57,837 nucleotides of DNA from a virus (IMGVR_UViG_3300042923_000257:1-57837); one strand, 5' to 3'; positions 18,101 through 27,741 are shown, counted from the first letter of the stretch. The notes: generated from the sequence alone by a model not told the origin. Program-made: numbers and translations.

Positions 18101-19791
18101 TAAATGGTGTTTCCGTTCTTGTCCTTGCCCGAAGCCTTACCCATGATGGACTCACCAAGGCCGGTGTACCTGTACTCACCAGTCTTGGGGTCCTCTTCAG
18201 CGAAGAGAGACCCAAGCTCGTACTGAGCCCGCTCCTTGAGCTGGGAGATACGACCAGAGATGGTGGCGGAGGTCATCCGCTCACCGAATCCAGCAGAACC
18301 ACCCGCGGTGCTGTGGTCCTTCGAGTTGACGATGGGCTGACCCGTCTTCGGGTCGACCTTCGGCTTACCGTTCTTTCCCTTGACGAAGTAGTTCGGGTCC
18401 CAGCCCATGAGCAGGTTGTTAATCATGTCCTGGCCCGAGATGCCGCCACCCTTGGCGACGGGAGTACCAACCTGCTTCCAGAAGGCGCCGGCATTCTCGA
18501 AGCCGAACATCCGGGCAAGCTCACCGGCAGGAATACCAGTGGCTTGAACAAGCTGGTTGATGTTACGAGTCGGGGCCTTGTCCATGTCCATGATGCGGTC
18601 AACCGCATACATGGCCCGCTTGAACATCTCCGGGTCCAGGTTTCCGGCCCGAGCCATCGTGTCACCGATGGCCATGATGATGTCAGTGGTCTTACCAGCA
18701 GCCCGGTTAGCAGCCTCACCCTTGGTGGACTTCTTGTACCACTCCTTATCGTTACCAGCGATAGAACGAATAATCTTCATCTGGTATTCGTGCATCGTGT
18801 CGATGCTGAAAGGAGTGTTGATGGCGTATTCCTGGATCTGCCGCATTTCCTTGGCGGAAGTCTGCTTGGAGACACCCGCAGCGGAGAGACCCATCTGACC
18901 CAGGATTCGCATGTCCGCGGACTGCACACCGATGGTGGTGAGCATGGTGGAGACAGCACCAAGAGGCATCAGGAGATTGGTGGTGACGAGTCGGCCGGCC
19001 TCGGTGATGTTCGTACCGAGACGCTCAATGGCCTCACCCTGCCGGCGCCAACCGGTACGGAGGTTCGTCAGCCCCCGGCCTACAGCACGAGAGTGGTCCT
19101 CCATCTGACGCCGGTAGTCCAGGAGTTGAGCCCTGAGGCTCCGGACCTGGTCCCGGTGGGCATCCATCTGCCCCCGGAGGTCAGCCAGTCGAGCGGTACG
19201 AGCCTCAGCCAGGGTGCGACGAAGCTCCTCACGCATCTGCTGCTGGGCTCGACGGTAGGCAGCAGCCTCGTCCCGGGCTGCCTTCTCGGCAGCCTTGGTA
19301 CGCTCCCGGATCATCCGGAGGCGCTCACGCTCAGCCGTCTCCCACGATCTGGCCGTGTCCCGTGCTGCCTGCTGCTCTCCCCGGACCGTCGCCTGAAGGG
19401 CTCGACGGGTCTCGGCAGAGGTGTTCTGGAGGAGCTTGGCCTTCTTCTTCTCCAGCTCGGCAGCCTCACGGAACCTCTTGCCAGCTTCCTTGCCGTAGTC
19501 CCGGGTAATCTCCTGCTCGATGCGCTTCAGGACCTTCTTGGAGTCCTGAGCGCCCTTCTGAAGCTCCTTCTGAGCCTTCTGAGCGGCCTGGGCAACCTTC
19601 TTGGGGACATTGGCCAGGGAAGTGGAGATGCCGTCTGAAAGGGCCTTTCCAGCCTTCTTACCGGAGGCACCCATCTGCTTCTCAAGCTGAGCCCGGGTCT
19701 CCCTGAGCTGCTTCTGATTGATCTTCGGGAAGACGTCGATGTAGCCTGAGCCAACCTTTATGGGGCCGCGTCCGCTGCCAGTCGTAGCCAT
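15196..19791 (-). CDS. Tape measure protein with C-terminal NlpC/P60-like segment
   Basis: 1531 aa, helical; TPFS tape-measure motif; PYQWGG..DCSG..GHT; ALVGEKGPEL. Confidence 0.92.
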   Translation of the reverse strand: MATTGSGRGPIKVGSGYIDVFPKINQKQLRETRAQLEKQMGASGKKAGKALSDGISTSLANVPKKVAQAAQKAQKELQKGAQDSKKVLKRIEQEITRDYGKEAGKRFREAAELEKKKAKLLQNTSAETRRALQATVRGEQQAARDTARSWETAERERLRMIRERTKAAEKAARDEAAAYRRAQQQMREELRRTLAEARTARLADLRGQMDAHRDQVRSLRAQLLDYRRQMEDHSRAVGRGLTNLRTGWRRQGEAIERLGTNITEAGRLVTTNLLMPLGAVSTMLTTIGVQSADMRILGQMGLSAAGVSKQTSAKEMRQIQEYAINTPFSIDTMHEYQMKIIRSIAGNDKEWYKKSTKGEAANRAAGKTTDIIMAIGDTMARAGNLDPEMFKRAMYAVDRIMDMDKAPTRNINQLVQATGIPAGELARMFGFENAGAFWKQVGTPVAKGGGISGQDMINNLLMGWDPNYFVKGKNGKPKVDPKTGQPIVNSKDHSTAGGSAGFGERMTSATISGRISQLKERAQYELGSLFAEEDPKTGEYRYTGLGESIMGKASGKDKNGNTIYEGGLLQKVQELGGDQKDNVTELLKTFFSSIGTFVDQIQWFSDWLNAHPQVKEVFANLLKMAAAALPFIIALGLGTKLLGKVNKILGAALTPLAGMFKGLRGVTRTGRQVGSAVRAGMSGDGDAGSIRDRMTNRYRERRTELRGGDIRGPVARARDRVTGRDSGSNQLRQSIRDTEDAIRQAEDGITDLQRQIREVNSVSIRQLVDQFAGSGNNTLQGAAQNANQQVTQATQGVNQLNNQNLNQVSGEVSDLQDKVRSLTEKVRDSKAAFGNLNDQKLTQLKVTIDGAEGTVADLKNKTDNAAVAVSDLNRKNLNSLQEQFRDTTKTAAGLETKVKEVRDRVNNLNRAGLGNVRKQFNQLNSAANEVYKTVGTTKSGVNGRITTLNGRSLKSIIAAVKDLKDALDGADGKADNLNSSLNDISAHAPGGGGGGKKKKKAMGGVLPGYTPGVDVHRFFSPTAGTLDLSGGEAVMRPEFTAAVGEQEVNRLNQIARTKGVHGVRDAMQFANGGIIEKLGLQGIIDTARGFNLGVDVIGASRTMDMDSSSRPLGGGVQRGIIGSGTDSGHFIGGDTSVRLDTVRNFMSKDAWTLLRRLPSNGASQVLGTIGGALAPVAGEHFWDDVWKGSGNIVERGNTFLQHMFSPSAITKIITNSLDNIWDTITGFFNSATSFASDPYGTIKDALSGVWEMTKESYAGVTSTVQGLKEIWQSPKDYAEQVVSDIYSTAKDSLPNMKGLFDFSEDDKLTAKKPDFDKVIESGGPGTGRALTWARTQHGLPYQWGGNGNPSWDCSGFMSAIESVIRGEKPHRRWATGAFSGSKAPSGWIRGLKAPFMIGITNKGVGHTAGTLNGVNVESRGGAGVIVGPGARGWNSSLFTDTYGFKPSIPAAYATGTLSASPGLALVGEKGPELIDFGKGGQRVYNNQDTEALLAVGSRPISVTVQEAKHETTPQAILRGFQWIDAMYGSRL

Positions 19792-19799
19792 ACGGCCTC

Positions 19800-20216
19800 C
19801 TACAAGCTATTCATCCTGTTGAAGAACGCGGCCACTTCATGGCCAGACGCGAACTCCTCTGGTTTGGGCTTTTCCTCAACAGCCGGCAGGGGCTGTCCAG
19901 GCCGATGAATCGGTTCGGGCAAGGGGATCTCGGTGTCCTCAGACGAATTGGCCTGAATGAACAAGTAGTTGCTCAGTTCAAGGGCGTCAGAGATCCGGGC
20001 TGCTACATAGATGTCAGGACCCCACATAGTGGTTTCGTCCACGACCATGAGCAGGGTTGAACGACCCGGCTTCCGCATCAGGGATTTGACACAGACGTAG
20101 ATCTTGTGAAAAGGCAACCGCCCGCGCTTGAAGTCCTCCAGGTCCAGGTGAAAGAACTCTTGAAGGTCTGCTTCGAGTTCATCCCTGTGTTCCTGAAGTG
20201 CGCGGACGGTGGTCAT
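19800..20216 (-). CDS. Tail assembly chaperone, frameshift extension (GT-like)
   Basis: Between chaperone and tape measure; in the -1 frame after the slippery site. Confidence 0.8.
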   Translation of the reverse strand: MTTVRALQEHRDELEADLQEFFHLDLEDFKRGRLPFHKIYVCVKSLMRKPGRSTLLMVVDETTMWGPDIYVAARISDALELSNYLFIQANSSEDTEIPLPEPIHRPGQPLPAVEEKPKPEEFASGHEVAAFFNRMNSL

Positions 20217-20509
20217 CAGTTTCCCGGGTCGTTGTAACCGGCTGCCTTGACGACGAGGTCAGAGAAATTGGAGAAGTCCCGGATGGTCGGGCGAGTAGCC
20301 CGGAAGGTGACCCACTGATCGGGGCCAACGATTGCCTCAATGACGTCGAACTCCGACTCGGCCAGAGCGACTTCCATGGGAAGGTCCAGCGGGTCAGCAG
20401 GAACGGAGTACTCGGTACCCTTGTACTCAATGGTGTTGGTCTTCGGAGCCTCGGCCTCGGTCTCGGCCGGCTTCGGCTTGGCAGCCGCAGTCTTGCGCGG
20501 AGTAGTCAT
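20216..20509 (-). CDS. Tail assembly chaperone (G-like)
   Basis: Follows major tail gene; ends CCG GGA AAC TGA. Confidence 0.85.
   Translation of the reverse strand: MTTPRKTAAAKPKPAETEAEAPKTNTIEYKGTEYSVPADPLDLPMEVALAESEFDVIEAIVGPDQWVTFRATRPTIRDFSNFSDLVVKAAGYNDPGN
20219..20225 (-). other. Programmed -1 frameshift slippery site GGGAAAC
   Basis: X XXY YYZ heptamer just before the stop; -1 shift reads into LMTTVRAL. Confidence 0.8.
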
Positions 20510-20575
20510 AGGAATCTCCTGGAAACAATGAGTGAGTGAGAGAGAAGGTGCCGGGATTTAGACCTCCCGGCCAGG

Positions 20576-20588
20576 GTCTCGTTTCAAC
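20576..20588 (-). promoter_or_regulatory. Operator/stoperator site
   Basis: Reverse complement is GTTGAAACGAGAC, after the major tail stop. Confidence 0.8.
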
Positions 20589-20595
20589 TAAGAGA

Positions 20596-21192
20596 TCAGG
20601 GAGTGTCGCCCATGTTCTCCGTGGTCAGGACGTAGCCAAGGCTGCCGTCCGAGTCCATGGCGTCAATGGTGAGTTCGAACTGCTGGGCCTGAGTGCGCTG
20701 AAGGGTGATGGCACCCCGCTCAGCAACCATGGAGCGGCTCAGGACCGCACGCCACAGGTTCGTCTTGTACTTCCAGTCCACGACGATGGCGAATTCCTTC
20801 AGCTCGGGCAGAGAGCTGAGGTTCAGCTTGTACTCACCAGTCGGGGTGGGGGTCCCACCAACGTCCTCCATGACCTCTTCCCACTCGGCACCGAAGAAGG
20901 TCTCAGTGACCAGCTTCGAAGCCTCCAGGAGGGTGGCGGAGAGCTGGAAGGAAGCGGAGTCGACGTTGTAGAGGACCGGGGCCGCGGACTGCCAGGCCGG
21001 CAGAGGCGTGGTCGTGATGCTCGGGGTCATGGTGACACCGTTCTCCGACACATAGCCAAGAGCCTTGAAGCCGGCAGGCGGGGTAACCCCGTCACCAACG
21101 TCGGTCGGCAGGACCAGGCTGCCTCCGACAGGGGCAAGGTAGATCATTCCATCCGGAGCGAACCGGATCTTTTCAGCATTTCCAGAAGGCAT
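20596..21192 (-). CDS. Major tail protein
   Basis: F.ALGYVSENGV..., AWQS, position before chaperones. Confidence 0.88.
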   Translation of the reverse strand: MPSGNAEKIRFAPDGMIYLAPVGGSLVLPTDVGDGVTPPAGFKALGYVSENGVTMTPSITTTPLPAWQSAAPVLYNVDSASFQLSATLLEASKLVTETFFGAEWEEVMEDVGGTPTPTGEYKLNLSSLPELKEFAIVVDWKYKTNLWRAVLSRSMVAERGAITLQRTQAQQFELTIDAMDSDGSLGYVLTTENMGDTP

Positions 21193-21212
21193 ATGGGCTC
21201 CTTGGGGGCAAC

Positions 21213-21237
21213 AAAAAACGGCCCCTCAAGGGCCGTT
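21213..21237 (-). terminator. Intrinsic terminator-like hairpin
   Basis: AACGGCCC stem with a U-run on the minus strand. Confidence 0.6.
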
Positions 21238-21252
21238 GAACGTGTATGTGAT

Positions 21253-21645
21253 TCAGGCTGCTTGGTAGTACAGGGAGACTTCTCCGCAGTACACATGCTC
21301 TCGGGAGCTGGTATCCGGCTCGTAGTCAGGAAGGCTCTGGTCCCTGGAGTCCAGGAAGTAGAGATCCTTGTAGGTCACTCCGTTGCGGAGGCCCTCCAGG
21401 AGGTGATCCCTTACGAGGAAGGCAAGCTGAGCAGCCTGTTCCCTGTCTAGGGAGTAGACCTCGTAGGCAACGAATACTCGTTCCAGCTTGGAATCCCGCT
21501 CCACCCGGTAACCCCCGTCATGAGCCACGTAGATGGTGGTGTCCCCGACCTCCCGGGCACTCAGGTCCCCTGTGACACTGCCTGCCGGCAGATCCGGAAC
21601 CGACCGAAGGAACTGGACCACTGACGAGATGGGATCTAGGTTCAT
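21253..21645 (-). CDS. Tail terminator protein
   Basis: Size and position immediately before the major tail gene. Confidence 0.7.
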   Translation of the reverse strand: MNLDPISSVVQFLRSVPDLPAGSVTGDLSAREVGDTTIYVAHDGGYRVERDSKLERVFVAYEVYSLDREQAAQLAFLVRDHLLEGLRNGVTYKDLYFLDSRDQSLPDYEPDTSSREHVYCGEVSLYYQAA

Positions 21646-21995
21646 TCCACCCTCGCATTCAGAAGCGCTTCCCGGAGGAATCTCTTACCGGGATGCCGCT
21701 TGCCCTTCTTATCGGTCCAGCCGAGATCCTGAAGGAGCGTATGCCGGACTCGGTCATTGAGTTCGATGGTGACGTTCCCGTAGTAACCCTTGACGTCCTT
21801 CTCCACGAAGGCAGAGATGTTCTTCTTGATCTGGTTCCAGTTCGTCTTGGTGTTCTTCGCCCGGGGAGCTTCCCTGACGGCACCAATACGGATGTGCTCA
21901 GTCACCTCAGCTACCAAGGCGCCTGCTTCCAGGGTTGAGAGCATCTGGTTTTCCCAACCGCGGTGCATCGTTAGCTTGAACTCGCCCTCTCTCAT
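21642..21995 (-). CDS. Neck/tail completion protein (HK97 gp10-like)
   Basis: Coupled ATGA overlaps; G......HPG.RFLR.AL. Confidence 0.65.
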   Translation of the reverse strand: MREGEFKLTMHRGWENQMLSTLEAGALVAEVTEHIRIGAVREAPRAKNTKTNWNQIKKNISAFVEKDVKGYYGNVTIELNDRVRHTLLQDLGWTDKKGKRHPGKRFLREALLNARVE

Positions 21996-22321
21996 CCGTT
22001 CTTCGCCCTCCAAATGATCAGGTGGGTATGACGGGTGGAGCCGTAGGGCCAGAGGTCCGGAGGACCGTCGATCTCGTACCACAGACCGCGCCACTTGACT
22101 CGGTGCTGGTCGTCCAGGGCCTCGGTGTACGGCATGTAGACGTGACACCGCTCCTGAGCAAGGTCCCGCTCAGGGGACCTCATCTCGAAGTTGCGGTCAG
22201 GCTGGACACTGGCCCGGGACTGAAGGACCAGGACCGGATGGTCCCAGTCCTTCTTGACCGAGTAGGCACCCTCAACCTCGTCAGCGCTGTAGACCTCAAT
22301 GCGCTCGGTGTACTGGCTCAT
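21992..22321 (-). CDS. Head-to-tail stopper
   Basis: SVQP, RV.WRG..YEIDG.P..W motifs. Confidence 0.8.
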   Translation of the reverse strand: MSQYTERIEVYSADEVEGAYSVKKDWDHPVLVLQSRASVQPDRNFEMRSPERDLAQERCHVYMPYTEALDDQHRVKWRGLWYEIDGPPDLWPYGSTRHTHLIIWRAKNG

Positions 22322-22881
22322 CAGTCCGCCCTCCCAAGGGAGAGCGTCCCTACTGTGGACCGGAACCGGCGAAGGGCGTACTTGGCAGCCTCAGACAGGG
22401 TCTGCGGGCTGGCTGAGTCGTACTCAACCTCTCGCTCACCCGTGCGTTCCATGGACAGACCAGGAGTACGGGCCATCCACCGGATGACCTCGGCCGCGGC
22501 AGCCACCTTGAGGGCGGCCGGCAAGGGGCTGTAGCCCCATGAACCAGTGATAGTGACCAGGCCGGTCCAGCCGGCCTCCCGGTACAGGCTCATCTCATGG
22601 GAGTTGCGGGTGGCAACCTCCCAATCAGTCACAACCTGACCATCCACCTTGACCTCAGTGAAGATGAGATAGGGGAGTACCCGGCGGGGAAGCTGCAAGA
22701 GGCAGTCTCCGTAACCAACGACGGTGAAGTCCTGGTCAGTACGAGGCTCGAAGTCCACCCCGCAGTAGTCCTCTATGAGGACAGTGCAGTCCTGAATGAA
22801 TGCCTCAACCCGAGCCTGCTCATCGGGAGTGAGGGGCCACCCCAGACGGGTGGCCACCTCTTCAGCAGTGACAAAAGCCAC
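22321..22881 (-). CDS. Head-to-tail adaptor
   Basis: After capsid gene; FVT.EEV..RLG, VTITG.WGY..LP..LK. Confidence 0.8.
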   Translation of the reverse strand: MAFVTAEEVATRLGWPLTPDEQARVEAFIQDCTVLIEDYCGVDFEPRTDQDFTVVGYGDCLLQLPRRVLPYLIFTEVKVDGQVVTDWEVATRNSHEMSLYREAGWTGLVTITGSWGYSPLPAALKVAAAAEVIRWMARTPGLSMERTGEREVEYDSASPQTLSEAAKYALRRFRSTVGTLSLGRAD

Positions 22882-22914
22882 TAGTCATCCCTCCCTTCAA
22901 AGGGAAGGCGTCGA

Positions 22915-24000
22915 TCACGGAGTAGGCGCAACCTCGGTGATGTTGACCTTCAGGCCACGGACGAACTTCTCACCGATCAGCGTGCCGCGGACGTTGTAGT
23001 CCGGGTCTTCCTTGATGGTGGTGAAGCCGTACATGGTGTCCAGGCCGATCGTGTCCGCCTTCTTGCCGAAGTCGTAGTCGACCAGCATGCGGGTGGCGAT
23101 CCCATTCACGTTCTGGACCGAGCCGGCAACCGCACCCATCGGGATAGCCGGGGAGACGGAGGCCAGGAGGAACGCCGACTTGTGGAAGAAGTACATCTCC
23201 AGGTCGAACGAGTTGTGAACCACAACATCGAAGCCGTAGAAGGAACCGATGGTGGCCCGACGAAGGGCGTTGGTGTCACCGCTGTAGTCCACAGCCACGA
23301 ACTCGGGGTCCTTCAGAAGGATGGCCTCAACCTCGGGGCCGGCGATGACGTAGCGCTCCGAGTTCGGAACGTGGGCCTTGTTCAGGGCCATGCGGGCATC
23401 CACGAAGGCCACACGGAGGGCAAGAGCACGCTCCATGAGGTTCTCACGGGTACCGTCGTACGTCGGGATGGAGACCTCAACGTCACCACCGATGACCGCC
23501 TTCTGACCTGCGGTCAGGGCAGAACGGTTGATGTTCGCCTTGATCCACGCGGCAATGGTGTCATCGAAGTACTCGGCCATACCGCGGGTCAGCGGGGCGA
23601 GAACCTGGCCACCGAACTTCTTGAGGTCGAAAGCAACCTGCTCCATGCTCAGGGCAGTGGCGTTCTGGACCAGCGTGGTGAGCTGAACCGGGAACCGGGT
23701 CTCGTTCACGAAGCCGTTCGGAGGACGACGGTCCGTGGTCGGCAGCGGCCGGTCAGTGGCCGCGGCAAACACGTTCTTGTCACCCGTGATCGGGTTCTTG
23801 ATGATGTTGGAGACGCCAGTCTCCTGCACCTTGATCGAGCGGCTCGGGCGGTTGACGTTGATGACGTCACCGAGGCCACCGGTGAAGTTCAGCTCCGAGT
23901 AACGAGCCGGAATGGAACCAAGGGTGAGCTGACGGTCCAGCAGACCCAGAGCAGCAATGGTGACCTGCTTCGGGTCAAGATTAAAGTGATGATCGGGCAT
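22915..24000 (-). CDS. Major capsid protein (P22 coat-like)
   Basis: GD.INV.RP, VP...RY....P, ALRRATIG..YGF.V, D..YG motifs. Confidence 0.9.
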   Translation of the reverse strand: MPDHHFNLDPKQVTIAALGLLDRQLTLGSIPARYSELNFTGGLGDVINVNRPSRSIKVQETGVSNIIKNPITGDKNVFAAATDRPLPTTDRRPPNGFVNETRFPVQLTTLVQNATALSMEQVAFDLKKFGGQVLAPLTRGMAEYFDDTIAAWIKANINRSALTAGQKAVIGGDVEVSIPTYDGTRENLMERALALRVAFVDARMALNKAHVPNSERYVIAGPEVEAILLKDPEFVAVDYSGDTNALRRATIGSFYGFDVVVHNSFDLEMYFFHKSAFLLASVSPAIPMGAVAGSVQNVNGIATRMLVDYDFGKKADTIGLDTMYGFTTIKEDPDYNVRGTLIGEKFVRGLKVNITEVAPTP

Positions 24001-24020
24001 AGATCCTCCAAGAGGGCATG

Positions 24021-24046
24021 AAAAAAGCCCTCCGGAGGGGAGGGCT
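24021..24046 (-). terminator. Terminator-like hairpin between scaffold and capsid genes
   Basis: AGCCCTCC stem plus TTTTTT on the minus strand. Confidence 0.6.
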
Positions 24047-24065
24047 CACAGATTGGCTGTGGGGT

Positions 24066-24629
24066 TTAGAAGATGGACCCACCAGTGATGAGATCTGCAA
24101 GCTCATTGGGGTCCATCGTGGTGACCTCCGGGGCTCCACCGGACTGCTTGCCGGCGCCCTGAAGGCTCGGGAACTCTTCCTTGCTCTTGGGAAGAGACTC
24201 GACAAAGGACTTCACGGCCTCCTTGTTGGGCCGGCCATCCTCTCCGAGGAACTTGGAGACATTCAGGTACTCGGCAGGCGGAAGAGATACCCCCGCCGTA
24301 GCAGCCTGGAGAGCCATTTCGGCAGTCACCAGATCCGTACCAACCTCGCTGAGTGCGGACGTCCGGCCCTCAGCTCGTGCAGTCTCAATAGCCTTCTCGG
24401 CTTCGGTCATCTGAGCCTCACGGAGCTTCGTCAGCTCACCAGAGGCGTCTTCCCACTTCTTCTCGTTCTGCCGGGACAGAGACTTCCACTTGGTGGAGTT
24501 GTTGCGCTCCTCTTCCAGGAGGGCAAGAGCCTCTTCAAGAGTGGCAGGAGCCTTGGACTCCTGACCCTGGCCGTTGTTACCGGCCTGGTCGTTCTTGTTG
24601 TCGTCAGCAGGGGTGTTCTCTTCAGGCAT
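24066..24629 (-). CDS. Capsid scaffolding protein
   Basis: KWK.LSR.NE, coiled coil, position between portal and capsid. Confidence 0.85.
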   Translation of the reverse strand: MPEENTPADDNKNDQAGNNGQGQESKAPATLEEALALLEEERNNSTKWKSLSRQNEKKWEDASGELTKLREAQMTEAEKAIETARAEGRTSALSEVGTDLVTAEMALQAATAGVSLPPAEYLNVSKFLGEDGRPNKEAVKSFVESLPKSKEEFPSLQGAGKQSGGAPEVTTMDPNELADLITGGSIF

Positions 24630-24692
24630 GCGCTCATCCCATTTCGGTGTTGAGTCAGCCCACCATTTCGGTTGGCTGACGTGAGCTAGGTG

Positions 24693-26141
24693 TTACTTCT
24701 TCTCTCCAAGCTTCCGGGAGACGTTCCCGGAGTTGCCCTGAGGTGGCTTGGCTGCCATTTCGGCTGCCTTCTTGCCTCCCGCGGGGCCACCAGGCTCCTG
24801 AGCCTGGGGCCCAAGTTCCTGGACTTCCTTCGCTGCCTTGGCATCTTCCTTACGAAGCTCACGGAAGGCTGCTATCTCGGTAGCGGTGAAGCCGGCTCGC
24901 ATCCACAAGATTTCCTCGGGTACGTTGAGCTGCTTCAGCTTCAGCAAAGAGTCAATGTGCTGGGCCTCGGTCCGGTATTCCGGATCTGCCCAGACCGTTT
25001 CCATGGAGTACTCCTTCGCTCGCTTGTCCTTCTTGACAGCGAAGCAAAGCCGGATTACCTGCTCCCAGGCTTCTCCGAAGTACAACATTCGCTCCTTGAC
25101 CTTGGAGACAAGGCCGGCCTCGGCACTGATGATTGCCTCACCAGAAGGAGCGGTTCCCTGGTTCACCAGGAAGTAGTGACTCGGAGTACGAGACACAGAA
25201 CTGAGGTGCTGCACCAGGAGGTTGATCAGGTTCACATAGTTCTTCAGGTCCGCGGCCTGGAACTGACCGAATTCCACTTCCGGGTTCTCGGCCTGGAGGA
25301 GCTTGTCCAATCCCACGTCATACGGCATCTTGAGATTGCCGTTCTCATCCTCTTGGATTTCCAGACCGGTGACCCATCGCTGCGGCCAGGCAGCGAACTC
25401 GGAAGCCAGAAGGGCATCAGACGTAATCTTGTTGATGGCATCCTGGATTGGGATGACATTGGCAAGGTCTGAGTAGGGGTCACCATTGATTCGAGACCTG
25501 TTGTGGAACGGAACTACAGGCACGATCCCAAGAGGGTTGGGCTTACGCTGACCCTGCTCCCACTCGGTCTTCCCAAGGGGGACCTCGTAGACGTAATCCT
25601 CAGTCCAGAGAGTTACCCAGGTACGACCCCAGGAGTCCATGAAGAACCGTGCCGCGGCCTCCAGCTCCGTGCTGGAGCCGGGCTTGTACTGGACTGCCAT
25701 CTCCTCAGCGGAGACGGGGGTGATGACTGGCTCCCCGTCCTTGCCACCCCACACAACGACGTACGCGCGTCCCTGGACCATCGCGTCCAGGTGCACGGCG
25801 TTGGACAGAGCATCGAGCTGGTTACGCTGCCAGAACTTCTGAGCGTCCTCGTCCATCTTCCCCTTGCCGGGGAATCGGAAGCCCTCCACACGCATTCGCT
25901 CTGTAGCAGAGTCGATGATGAGCCCACAGAAGTTGTCTCTCCAGTCGTTGAAGAGATCCTTGAAGGCGGACTTGTATCGGGCCTGGGCAAACTTGAGCTT
26001 CTGCTGTTCGCCCTCGTAGTAGCTCGCGTACTTGAGGAAGTCAGCCCGGCCATTGGTGAGCTTCCCCTGAAGGAATGCCAACCAGTCAGTCTCGGTAGCC
26101 GGCGGACCAACGGAGGTATAGCCGCTGGGAGGGATAATCAT
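24693..26141 (-). CDS. Portal protein (SPP1 gp6-like)
   Basis: YYEGEQ, NPLG.VPVVPF.NR, A.PQRW.TG, PSGEA. Confidence 0.92.
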   Translation of the reverse strand: MIIPPSGYTSVGPPATETDWLAFLQGKLTNGRADFLKYASYYEGEQQKLKFAQARYKSAFKDLFNDWRDNFCGLIIDSATERMRVEGFRFPGKGKMDEDAQKFWQRNQLDALSNAVHLDAMVQGRAYVVVWGGKDGEPVITPVSAEEMAVQYKPGSSTELEAAARFFMDSWGRTWVTLWTEDYVYEVPLGKTEWEQGQRKPNPLGIVPVVPFHNRSRINGDPYSDLANVIPIQDAINKITSDALLASEFAAWPQRWVTGLEIQEDENGNLKMPYDVGLDKLLQAENPEVEFGQFQAADLKNYVNLINLLVQHLSSVSRTPSHYFLVNQGTAPSGEAIISAEAGLVSKVKERMLYFGEAWEQVIRLCFAVKKDKRAKEYSMETVWADPEYRTEAQHIDSLLKLKQLNVPEEILWMRAGFTATEIAAFRELRKEDAKAAKEVQELGPQAQEPGGPAGGKKAAEMAAKPPQGNSGNVSRKLGEKK

Positions 26142-26154
26142 GGGGCCTCCTGTT

Positions 26155-27741
26155 CTAGAACCCCACGACCCGACTCCTACGGCGCTTCATGCGCCCGTCG
26201 GCTATTGCGTCTGCTCTCGCCTCCAGGGCGAGAATTGCACACACCGCAAGGTCAATCTTCCTCTTCGATCGTGGGCTGTCCTTCTGAATGAGAATTCCGA
26301 CTTCACCACCAACCGTGACCTCACGAGTCACGGCATTGAGGACGTGACGAGTAAGACGCTCGTCCCCGTCGTGGCATATCTCTTTGGTCATCACCGCGGA
26401 GCGGAAACGCTCAGTGGCCTGCACCATGCGGGTTGGCTTGTTGGTCCAGAACTCGAAGACGTACTCCGTATCCCGGGTGGCAAACTGAATGGCCCACCTA
26501 CCAAGGGCCTCCTGGAAGTACGGAGGATCTCCGTAGAACCATTCGACCTTGTAGTCCCGAAAAGCCTTGTAGACCGCGGCCTCAACCGCGAGGGTGTCTA
26601 CTTCCCAATCGTCCCGAGCGTCTTTGGGACGCTCCCAGACGTCGATAACAAAGAGCTTCCCATCACTCAGCCGGCATCCAACCAGACCGGTAGCATCGCC
26701 GCGGATGGATCCATCGAACCCAATGGCGATCTGGTCACCCGGCTTGATGGGTTCGTAACTGGACGCAATGGCATCCCATTCGGACTTTGACATCCATCCG
26801 TCTGAAGACTCTGCGATCTGGTTGAAGTAGAATCGGCAGTAGGTTGAATCTGGAGTCGTCCGGTCGAAGAGAATTGTCTTCGTAAGTCCGTCAATGTCGG
26901 CCCAGGTGGCGTCTCCGTAGGCTTCAATGAGAGCCCGCTTGACGTGAGCTTCATCTCGAATCTGCTCAACTTCGATATCCCCCTCAAGGCAGTCATAGAG
27001 CCAGAATCCCTGAGCGACCATTTCGGACTCATGGATCCTCTGCGCAACGCTGTCCTCATTGGGGTTGTAAGCGTTGGTAGTGGTAACCCATCGACTTCCA
27101 GCCTTGGTGGTCTTCTCCACATTTCGCTTCAGGACCTGGTAGAAGTCAGGGCCACCGTTGGAACCAACCCAGTGGTGGACCTCGTCCATCACAACGAATG
27201 TCGGGCGGTTACCCTCATTGGTACGGCCGGCAGTCGCCTTGGGCTTGATGCTGCCGGGCTTGCCAGACTTGAACTGGACAATGCTCTTGGAGATCTCAAG
27301 TCCGTACTCCGCTTCCGCGGGGGACTCGGAGAGCATTCCTCGGATCATGTCCAAGGTCTGCTCGGTCTGGTCCAGTGCCGTTGCACCGATCTGCACAATG
27401 GGCAGAGGAACGGCCTTCCCGACCGGGAGGCCGAAAGCATCGAAGTGACTGAACCGGCAGGGCCCGAGGAACTCGGTGATAGCCAGGGCAGCCAGTAGAG
27501 GCGTCTTTCCCCAGCCCTTGGCACGTCTCAGCGTGCCCGCGGCGTACTTCCATGTCCCGTCAGGGTTGATGGCGTAGAACCACAGCACAAAGCGGAGTTG
27601 CTCGTCAGTGAACTGCCAGGGTTCACCGGCTCGTTCACCATCCGGCGTCACAACGTATTGCGTCGCCCAACGGATGATCTGGTAGCCAAGGGTTTCCTTG
27701 GGGGACGGAACGCCCGGAGGGAGATTTCCGGTCTGGGGCAT
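26155..27741 (-). CDS. terL: Terminase large subunit
   Basis: KGWGKTP Walker A, VVMDEVH Walker B, GFDGS...DATG nuclease, KIDLAV. Confidence 0.95.
   Translation of the reverse strand: MPQTGNLPPGVPSPKETLGYQIIRWATQYVVTPDGERAGEPWQFTDEQLRFVLWFYAINPDGTWKYAAGTLRRAKGWGKTPLLAALAITEFLGPCRFSHFDAFGLPVGKAVPLPIVQIGATALDQTEQTLDMIRGMLSESPAEAEYGLEISKSIVQFKSGKPGSIKPKATAGRTNEGNRPTFVVMDEVHHWVGSNGGPDFYQVLKRNVEKTTKAGSRWVTTTNAYNPNEDSVAQRIHESEMVAQGFWLYDCLEGDIEVEQIRDEAHVKRALIEAYGDATWADIDGLTKTILFDRTTPDSTYCRFYFNQIAESSDGWMSKSEWDAIASSYEPIKPGDQIAIGFDGSIRGDATGLVGCRLSDGKLFVIDVWERPKDARDDWEVDTLAVEAAVYKAFRDYKVEWFYGDPPYFQEALGRWAIQFATRDTEYVFEFWTNKPTRMVQATERFRSAVMTKEICHDGDERLTRHVLNAVTREVTVGGEVGILIQKDSPRSKRKIDLAVCAILALEARADAIADGRMKRRRSRVVGF

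Noticed and set aside
16252-19638. 1128-aa plus-strand ORF and other long antisense ORFs (e.g. 7568, 23182, 45540)
   Set aside because: These are shadow frames opposite well-supported genes, expected from GC-rich codon bias, with no motifs or RBS.
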